Of a stretch of DNA of 64,000 nucleotides, positions 54,279 to 64,000 are shown piece by piece. The stretch comes from Octopus sinensis. Its lineage: Eukaryota. Below the pieces are notes generated by a model, which was not told the origin of the DNA, did no database searches, and was given only the letters and a program-made list of their open reading frames with translations. The DNA lies in assembly GCF_006345805.1 (NCBI RefSeq), contig NW_021833066.1, forward strand, positions 22,675 to 86,674, read 5' to 3'. Every line of letters starts with the position of its first letter. Positions within the stretch are counted from its first letter, which is position 1. The translations under genes and the position numbers were made by a program.

Positions 54279-55016
54279 TAATAATAATAACAACAACAAC
54301 AACAAAAATTATCATTGTTTCATTATAGTAATTATAATCCCCAAAACTTGCCAAAGGGACAGTACAAATAGAAAAGAAGAAAAGAGGAAAATCATAATGG
54401 CACAAGAAGAAACCATAAAGAACGAAAATCAAAAATAACACGACATGACGTCATTGTTCTTTGAAAGAATAATTGTAAAAATATTTATTTTAAACGAATA
54501 ATGACCGACAGAAACTCTGTGTGCGGGTGTTTGTATGTCAGTGTATTTGTGTGTGCGTGTGAGTGGCTTTGTATGTGTGTGTGCGTGTGTGTATGTGTGT
54601 GTGTATGTGTCAGTGTTTTCCGCTGTCAAAATCAATGATATTGACAATAGGAAAACAATTCAAACATAAATATAAAATGTGTGTGTGTGTGTGTGTAGTG
54701 TTTATTGTGTGTGTCGTGTGTATGCAGTGTATGTTCGTGTGTCATGCGTATGGAATATATGTGAATATAGTTTTATCGGTTTTTAATAGTCGTAGGAGGA
54801 GGAGGAAATGCTTCTTGTTGTTGTTGTTGTCGACGGTGGTGGTATAGGAGCATAATTTTTATGTTATATGCAAGTGTCTTCCAGATATATGCGCCCGCAC
54901 ATACACATGTATATGATATATACATATATATATATATATATAATATATATATATACTATATATATAATACATATATATATATATTATATATACATATATA
55001 TATATATATATATTAC

Positions 55017-55065
<49 letters not shown>

Positions 55066-55231
55066 TATATATATTATATATTATATATATATATATATGT
55101 ATGTATATATATATGGAGACAGAGATAGAGAGAGAGAAAGTGAGAGGACAGAGAGAATTGTTTAAGAAAGCAAAAGCCAGAACAATGCAAGTTAGAAATA
55201 ATGTAGTGAAATCAGATACAAAACAATTCAT

Positions 55232-55616
55232 CAGCTTACACTTTTACCTTATATTTCAATATTTCGGGGTTATAACCCTTTTGTCAGGAGAAAAATGAAG
55301 GACGTATCTTTTATACAGACTTCTGTGTGCAATGAAGAAAAACCACTCCAAGGACTATATACCCGGCAAAAAAATCGACGGAGAGGAAGTACGCAACAGT
55401 GGAAAAGCAACAATAGCGCAGAGCTAGAAGCGAGTAACGGAAGAAGAAAACAGAAACATTTGATTTTAGCTGCATAGGAAATATGCCTAGCCACGAGCAA
55501 TACAAAAAGAAAATAATGAACAGAGTTGCTGATGCTCGTCACTATCTCCCATTTTTCTCCTGACAAAGGGGTTATAACCCCGAAATATTGAAAATATAAG
55601 GTAAAAGTGTAAACTG
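55232..55616. mobile_element. Foldback remnant with ~66 bp inverted arms carrying a hammerhead-like core (Penelope-like layout)
   Basis: 55232-55297 and 55550-55616 are near-perfect reverse complements; each reads CCTGACAAAG(G)GGTTATAACCCCGAAAT. Confidence 0.55.
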
Positions 55617-55708
55617 GTGTTTTGCATTATTTTGTTACAGAGTTAATTTTTTATTTCCCATTTACATTGTACTGGATTTCTAAACAATCTTAATTCTATC
55701 TGACAATG

Positions 55709-55808
<100 letters not shown>

Positions 55809-55947
55809 TACATTTGATTCTGAAAACCATGTCTAATTTTACATTAATCGAATTTAACATTGTACAAAAAGTTTATATCAATTTTTACGTATAATTAATG
55901 TTATGTTTCTATATATGCGTGTGAAAATGTGGGTGTGTGAGTGCGCG

Positions 55948-56059
<112 letters not shown>

Positions 56060-56251
56060 GAGAAAGAGAGAGAGAGGGAGACTTCACAAAAGAACAAAAG
56101 ACGAAGACAGGTAGTGTAGACAACAAACAGATGTATTAGTATAACACTCGGGAAGTGAAAAAGTCTTTAACGTGTCCACCCTACGCTCTTCCACAGAAAG
56201 GAACACAGAAAGAAACAAGGAAAGAAAATAACGAATGTGTAGTGGCTAAAG

Positions 56252-56284
<33 letters not shown>

Positions 56285-57589
56285 CATATATACCTATATA
56301 TATATATATATACAGATAAATATATACATATACATGTATATACATTTATATATATATATAAATGTTTGTAAATATAAATGGAGAAAATGCTGTGAGTGCT
56401 CTGTGGTGAAGAAAGGGAAGAACATATTTACATTCTGTTATAAATCTATGCTACCGGCTTCAGTTGTTTAAGTTAATTAAATCATTCAATTAGAAAAATA
56501 AATTGAATTAAATACAATTAATGTTTCAGATAGCTTTCTTGAAGTTCGCTGGTTTTTCTTAGATAATTTTTTCTTCTTAATCAGTGATATTCTTAATTCT
56601 GGTCTTCCTTGTGGTGAGTGCTGAAACCCACATCAGTCCCGTGTTTGTGGGGAAATGTCCTTCACACAATGGCCGCTTGTGTTCAGAGTAAAAGCTGAAA
56701 ACTTCCGGTAGCATTCACAACTTGTCCTCATCACTCCTTTTTCTATCGCCACTTGACTAGAAAGTGTAATGGTGCTTGTTCTAATGTTTTGGTTTAATGA
56801 GCAACGTGCACGATGGATATCATTATTATAGGCGTGGTTCGTGCTGAGCCAGTTCCATTCGTCCTTCATAATTGTAATGTTTGGTGTAACAATTATCACG
56901 GATCCAGCAATTATCAGGACACTGGATTCGTATGGAAACACCTTACTTTTTTGTCGAACTGTTACTATTGTTACAGGGATGTAAACAAGACAACACCGAG
57001 TATTGGAAAACCCTCAAGAAGACAACGGAAAATTACCATTGAATTCACCAATATATATTCAATGAAAAGCACATAATTCTTGTCAAAGAAGTCGCCATGT
57101 TTCGTTCGTCGACGTGATCACACAGAATCGAATGTATCAACCACCAGTTATTGAAGTTGAGATGTTCCTGTGTTATGTTTGCGGATATTAGACGGAGATA
57201 TTAATATTGCAAGATATTGCAATAAGGGGAACGGTATATAAATATAAACAGATAAATTGTGTCATTACATATTTATTATCAACTATTGGAAAGTCTGACA
57301 AAATTACGAGAGGAAATGATAACTGCAATGTAAGAATTTCCTTCATATACAAAATGTCATAAATACACTCTGGTATATTATTATTCTGGGGGAAATATTC
57401 AGTTATGAAGGAAGCTACGGCAGCATGAATGGCCGAGGATTTAGCAGTTCGTACCCTGCTAATACCATGGAGTTTAAATAACTACAGGCCATTTGGTTGA
57501 ACAGCTGTGATACAAGTGTTGCTATATTACACACTTGATTGAAAAGTTGGTGCTCTTGGAAGTATTAATGAATGCTACATTGGAATTAG

Positions 57590-58600
57590 TGTAGGCGGCT
57601 TTTGTGAAACATATCTTTATGCATCTCGTCTCCTTGACCGAACTGCTATCATCGGTCGAGCAAGGACTGACATTAGATGTTTAGCATTATAGCAGCTGGA
57701 AATGCCGTTGGCTGGAAAAAAACTTTAGATTACTATAGAGTGTGGGTGAGGGTACTACCGTCCACGATGGACAACTAGTGGATTTACGCATCGCCAAGAA
57801 CTCATGGCAATGACCAGTATGTTGAATATGTGCTATTATTTCGGATAAGCTCTGCAAGCGTGGAAGCACCAAAAGCCAAACGGTTCAGTGATGCGTGCAG
57901 GGCAACAAAAGGCGTTCTGCACGCCATCCTTCAATGTCTTTTTATTAACGACTTGTGGACCCGTGTTGAATAGTTGCTGCTGCGTATACGAGAACAAACC
58001 TGGTTGTCCACCGAGCGCATAGTGAAGATCAATGTGCCAACTTCCTTTGCCAGGGAAGAGACGTAGATCATTCTTTACTCGGTGGTTGTGGCGGAAGAAG
58101 TTATGTGGTGGGCTCTTCTGAAAGGTTTGAAGATTTGAAGACAACCATTTTCCAATCTACACAAGCTCTCAACAACTTTTTCAAGTGGCACATGAAGAAG
58201 GAGATGAAGATAGAGAGGTAGGTGTTGTCTTCTAGGATGTTTATCGAAAGATGGAGAGAATGGCAACACTGATGTATCTACATGGGCCTGCCTTGAGTAT
58301 GCTCTTTTTCTCAATAGAGGACAGCGCGCACACTCATAGCCTGGCAGATAGCAGATTCATCCAAGTGTTCTTTGTGGGGTTTACCCCCAAAACTTCCCAA
58401 GTTGGACTCGCCCACGTTAGAAGTTTTCTTATTAAAACTTGGGGTGGGGTTAGGTATTTCATTTCAATATCTTTTGCTGTAGCATTATTATTGTGATTCC
58501 CTTTTGATCAATGTAAACCCTTTATTTGTACGTTGTATTTCATCTTTCTATACTCTCCTGAATGTATTGAGTCCTTGTGGCCAATACACGAAATTATGAT
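57590..58600 (+). mobile_element. Old, degenerate Tx1-like 3' fragment
   Basis: Plus-strand translation gives FVKHIFMHLVSLTEL, VLHAILQC, LSTERIVKINVPTSFARE, EEVMWW, LNNFFKWHMKKEMKIER, matching the ORF2 C-terminus with stops and frameshifts. Tail CCTTGTGGCCAATA then (ATT)/(GTT)n. Confidence 0.75.
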
Positions 58601-58885
58601 TATTATTATTGTTGTTGTTGTTGTTGTTGTTGTTACTATAACATCGTTGTTTTAGGTGATCGTTGCCGTCTTAATTTTTAATCAGGTGTGTTGTCTTGCA
58701 ATTAAATCCCACGAGTGTCTACAACTTCTCCAGTAAACAGTGTTGAAATGTCGACAAAAACCTCGAGAGTGACGTACCCCACCGTAGTAGTGACTATCGT
58801 GGTTGCAACGGTTATGATTGATGGAGAGTTAGAGGTGCAGTACTTGGAAAATACATGAGTGTGTATGTACGTGAGGGTGTGTATG

Positions 58886-58930
<45 letters not shown>

Positions 58931-59205
58931 GTGCGTGTGCATGTATATATGTATATATATATATATATGTATAAATATATCGTATATATATATATGTATA
59001 TATGTATATATGTATATATATATATGTATATATATACAGAGGGAGATACATACATAGACATGTGAGTGTACGCATGTATATCTATACATATATAATGTAT
59101 GCATATATATATATGTGTGTGTGTGTGTGTTTGTATGTATTGTATGTATGTGTATATATATGCAGAATTGTATACATCTCAATAGATTTGTTTGTATATG
59201 TGTGT

Positions 59206-59259
<54 letters not shown>

Positions 59260-59458
59260 GTGTACATTTATAATAGTCGCTAGATTTCTACTTGTAACCA
59301 GCTCTTGTTTACCATAATCTCCTCAACTGATTAAAATTATTATTTGTTTTCACTCTATAGGAATTGTTTTAAAATTTATATAATACAAGTATATTTTTGC
59401 ATATTTCTTTGTGTGTGTATGTCTGTGTGTGTACCTCTCTCTCTCTCTCTCTCTCTCC

Positions 59459-59495
<37 letters not shown>

Positions 59496-59559
59496 GTGCG
59501 CATGCTGCATGTATTTAAATTTAAATCACGCTACCCTTTCAGTTTTAATACGAAGGGTG

Positions 59560-59700
59560 ACATTCATAAACCTTTCTGTTATAAGTACACGGCCAGCAAC
59601 TGGTACGTTTTTTTATAGATACCGAAAGGATGAGCAGCAAAGTCGACTACAGTGGAATTTGAACTCAGAATGTAAAGAAACTGCTAGAAATACCACTAAC
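59560..59700 (-). mobile_element. Degenerate SINE family 1 fragment
   Basis: CCGAAAGGATGA..AAAGTCGAC...GGAATTTGAACTCAGAA. Confidence 0.65.
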
Positions 59701-59880
59701 GATTCAATAGAAAGCATTTAGATTTCTGATGGGTTACTTAATACTTTGGTAGAGTACAAATTTAAACAAAAATGCTGTTGAGAGTGACTCGAAGTTACGG
59801 CCAGCTAAACTATTGTCGGCTGAAGCTTACTTGCCACTTACAACAACATCCTTGTTAAGATAATAATAATAATAATAATC

Positions 59881-60226
59881 AAAAAAGGAACTGAAAATTA
59901 TTTAAGAATGATTCCTGGCTTGCCCCCCATGCAGGAAGTGCAAAAAGATTGTCTCAACTGTACGTCACACGTATTGAGAAGAGCATTGTCGCTGTTAATT
60001 TTCTTTCCTTTTCCCCCTTTATTTCATTTGTTTACTTTTCTATTTTTATTTTTCCATTTTTCTCTCTGTCTTTCCCCTTTTCTCTGTCACATGACTCTGT
60101 AAATGAACAATCTGATGCGCTTGTTATAATGGCCTAACAATGTATACAGAACGTTTCTCTGCCCTTGGTGTCGGGAAAACATCCGGCGAGAAATGGAAAC
60201 AGAATTGAAAGAAGCTAATGAAAATG

Positions 60227-60230
<4 letters not shown>
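59881..60230 (+). mobile_element. R4/Dong-clade extreme 3' fragment between two (AAT)n tracts
   Basis: KGTENYLRMIPGLPPMQEVQK..TSHVLRRALS parallels the C-terminus of ORF 8427-8945; (AAT)n on both sides. Confidence 0.7.
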
Positions 60231-60304
<74 letters not shown>

Positions 60305-60325
60305 GTAATAACAACAACAACAACA

Positions 60326-60560
60326 ATGTGTTATCATGTACATTGTTCTGTCTTGGTATAAAAGATGGCCTACAGCAAATATTCTGCTGAATACCACAGC
60401 CTTACTTGTCAGTTGTTTGACCATAACCAATTGAGTATTACCCTTAGTGGCTGACAATATGTGCATCTCTGATCATGCGCAGAAGTAGTGGGGGAGCATC
60501 ATAGCCATGTGTTGAAAGGAATTCTTGGAGATTTGGATAATTCACCTTTGGAATTGTGTG
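60326..60560. mobile_element. Partial, more diverged copy 3 of the ~560 bp element (reverse orientation)
   Basis: Reverse complement of the 3400-3625 part of copy 1; follows (AAT)n/(AAC)n. Confidence 0.8.
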
Positions 60561-60807
60561 TTGATAAAAATGACAAGACAAGAAAAGAATGAAAGAGTCC
60601 TCGATGTTATGTAAATAGAGGAATTTATCTGTGAATGTTATATATGACAATTATTCGGTAGGCATGATAAAACTCCGAGTTTCCGATGCTGAGGTGGAAA
60701 TCCACGCCGCCATCCAAAATGCTATGAAAATGACCGTTATACAAAACTTGCATCCGAAACAGCGGAGTTTTTATCATGGCTACCGAATATTGGTCCACAT
60801 ATTACAT

Positions 60808-60841
<34 letters not shown>

Positions 60842-61254
60842 TATATATATTATATATATATATAATAATATATAAGATAAACCGAAATTTCGAAGTCACT
60901 CTCAACCTTTTTCTGGCAAATATTCATAATATATAAGCTATTTGGAAATTATTGAGTGACTTCAATGAATGCTAAAATATTTTAATATATAATTTCACAT
61001 AAGCACTAACATTAATATATGCGCCTGTGTGTGTAGATATATGTATGTGTATGTATGTATGTATTTGATTCCATTCGAATTTCATTTTCTTTGCCATTGC
61101 CTGCTCCATTTGCTGGTCGCTGGCCAGTGTCCTGGCTACTGTCTGTTTGGCTTCCGAAAGGAATTGCTCGTTGCTTGTTTAACTTGCTTAGTTCAATATT
61201 TAATCTGTCTGATTGCTGGCCTGACTGGTCAACTAAACAGAAGTAAAGACAATG

Positions 61255-61820
61255 GTGAGGAGGAGGAGAAGAAGAAGAAGAAGAAGAAAGAAGAAGAAGA
61301 AGGAGGAGGAGGAGGAGGAGGAGAAGAAGGAGAAGGGGAAGAAGAAAAAAGAAGGAGGAGGAGCAGGAGGAGCAAGAGCAGGAGCAGGAAGAGGAGAAAG
61401 AGAAGAAGAAAGAAGAAGAAAGAAGAAAAAAGAAAAAGAAAAAGAAGAAGAAGGAGGAGGAGAAGAAGAAGAAGAAGAGAAGAAAAGAAGGAGGAAGAAG
61501 AGGAGGAAGGAGGGAGAAGTAGAAGGGGAAAGAAAGAAAAAAATATATGAAAAGAAGAAGGAGGAGCAAGAGCAAGAGCAGAAGAAGAAAGAGAAGAAGA
61601 AAAGAAAGAAAAAGAAAAGAAGAGAAAAAGAAGAAGGAGGAGGAGGATAAGAAAGAAAAAAGAAGAAGAAGAAATAAGAAGAAGGATGAGAAGAAGAAGA
61701 AGAAGAAGAAAGAAGAAGAAGAAGAAAAGAGAAGAAGAAGGAGGAGGTGCAGGAGCAGGAGCAGGAGGAGGAGAAGGAGAAGAAGAAGAAGAAGAAGAAG
61801 AAGAAAGAAGAAGAAGAACT
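61255..61820. repeat. (GAA)/(GGA)n polypurine tract
   Basis: Direct reading. Confidence 0.92.
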
Positions 61821-62299
61821 AGGTGTATGTGCGGGTAGCTAGATGGATTAAGTGAGAAGGCAAGAAGGTTGATGACCCGGCTGACGACTTGCTGTTTGCT
61901 CAGATGCTTAAGTTACTGGCTGAAAAGTCCGACAGATTAATCGTTGACACATTATGCTTCTAATCTCCATTGAATTTGGCACCGAACTAGAATTTCTTTA
62001 AAATTCTTGCTGTGTTTATCAATTTACGGGCTCAATGTGCTCCGGGTTGAGAACCAAAAGCGATCATGCTTCTGTTTACGTACCTATTCGTTTATCCGTT
62101 ATAAAATTAATGTTACGTACTTATTTTGTTCAAATCTTTATTCCCTTTCCAAATATCTGGCCAAAAATATACCCCTGACAGTTCTCTCTCTCTCTCTCTC
62201 TCCCTCTCTCTCACTCTTCTTCTTGCTCTCCCCTCTATCTCTCACCCTTTCTGTACGTATATGTGTGAGAATGTATGTGTGTCTGTGAGTGTGTGTATG

Positions 62300-62690
<391 letters not shown>

Positions 62691-62989
62691 CAGAGAGAGA
62701 AAGAGTGTGTGAGAGAGAGTCGAGTGTCTCTCTGAGTAGTTTGTAATTTTTTTCTGTTACGGTCGTTGCTTATTTGTTTCTTCCGTTTTATATATTCTCC
62801 CTCCAGTCTCCTCACAACTCGTCTTTCATTATTGTTCAGTTGGGAAACCTCATCTCATATTATTCGTATCCCGTTGTTTCCTTTGTCTGTTCAATTGTTC
62901 AATTGGGTTTACATCGCCGAACTGAACTATGTTGTCGGAAGTTTTCGAAATTGTTATGCTATTTGATTGACAACTGATGAAGGTGCGAA

Positions 62990-63130
62990 TGTGCAGCAGT
63001 TAGGCAGCAGTCCACTGCGTTCCTTTTCACGACTTCTAGTATTCCTAAGTATGTGTATCCATTCTCCTGAATGCATTCTGTCGTTTCAACTGAAACGGTA
63101 CTGACCCTGCATGAAGCTCCTCTATTTCTG
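62990..63130 (-). mobile_element. Possible R4-type RT remnant
   Basis: Only the ENGYTYLGILE motif resembles the RT YKYLG motif. Confidence 0.3.
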
Positions 63131-64000
63131 TGTGTTCCTTTGACTTCCATCAGTGCCACATTTTCATTAATGTGTGAGTGGGGTGGTTACAGAGAAAGAG
63201 TGCGAGAGAAAGGGGTACATTTGAGTACATGTAGTCTAGCAACTGTAGAACTATTTTAATCCACAGAGAGATCGGATTAAAAATGAATTGTGTATTCTTC
63301 TATACATGTGTGCCTGTATAAGCGCGCACGTGTGTATGTTGTGTGTTTGTGTGTGTGCGTGTGTATGTTTATGTATGCGTATATGTGTGCATGTGTATGT
63401 GTGCCCATGTGTGTGTATGTGTGTGCATGCGTGTGTGTGTGCCTGTGTGCTTGTGTGTGTATATGTGTGTATGCGTATGTGTGTGCGTGTGTGTGCATTT
63501 GTGTGTGTATGTGTATGAGCATGTGTGTGTATAAAACAAGTAATAAAGGTTGGGATACCAGGAAGTTGAGATATTAGGAGAAACATGAAAGCAAACGGAT
63601 TAACAAAAGATGGTGCGCGGATATAAAGAGTAGAGCTGGATGGAGTGCATTCCAGATATTTCACAAAGACTAAACATTCGGCAAAAGTATATTTTGTCAA
63701 AACTGGGTAATACATTGGTAATAATCAAGAGATAAACCCAGCAAACTTTAATCTGTCATTATCTCAGCCAGATCTATAACATACAAAGCTTATCAGATAC
63801 TGAGGGAAGCTTAACAAACAAGGTTTCCGTTGATGTAGAACGGTCTGTATTGCATTCAACTTTGGTAGTAAAAAATCACTTAGGAAAGCTGAATAGCAGA
63901 GCGTCTTCAGAGAAGGAGGCGCCCCTCCATGTACGTGCTTTGGCCCTTAACTTCTTACACGTCTTATGGGGTCGGGTCGTATAGAGTTCATGATTGTTGG

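Noticed and set aside
57836-58314. Minus ORFs 57836-58144 and 58075-58314 as a gene or viral protein
   Set aside because: They are antisense to a degenerate Tx1 ORF2 C-terminus.
63540-64000. Coding-like unique sequence at the window end
   Set aside because: No recognisable motif, stops in all frames, and truncated by the window edge.

Overview
AT-rich animal genomic DNA, almost certainly octopod cephalopod (inferred from its SINE families and microsatellite spectrum). It is dominated by (AT)n, (GT)n, (TATC)n, (AAT)n and (GA/GAA)n microsatellites and by layered transposons. No host protein-coding gene, tRNA, rRNA or CRISPR array can be supported, and nearly all short ORFs in the track are translated microsatellites. 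Main elements: (1) an apparently full-length ~5.8 kb Tx1-like (L1 clade) non-LTR retrotransposon (36825-42652, minus; ORF1 with zinc knuckle, ORF2 APE-RT-CCHC, broken mostly by small frameshifts) embedded in (TATC)n, plus two diverged 5'-truncated relatives; (2) R4/Dong-clade fragments and a ~560 bp non-coding element, all in (AAT)n; (3) CR1/L2, RTE, mariner, Helitron-type and MITE remnants; (4) at least three tRNA-derived SINE families. The most interesting signal is a SINE-LINE-microsatellite network readable in one window: one SINE tail matches the Tx1 3' end, a second matches a CR1-type 3' end, and two LINE clades appear to occupy different microsatellites. Two degenerate hammerhead-ribozyme-like motifs and two microsatellite-bounded tandem duplications (possibly assembly artefacts) are also present. 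All calls come from manual reading and translation; no searches were run and boundaries are approximate.
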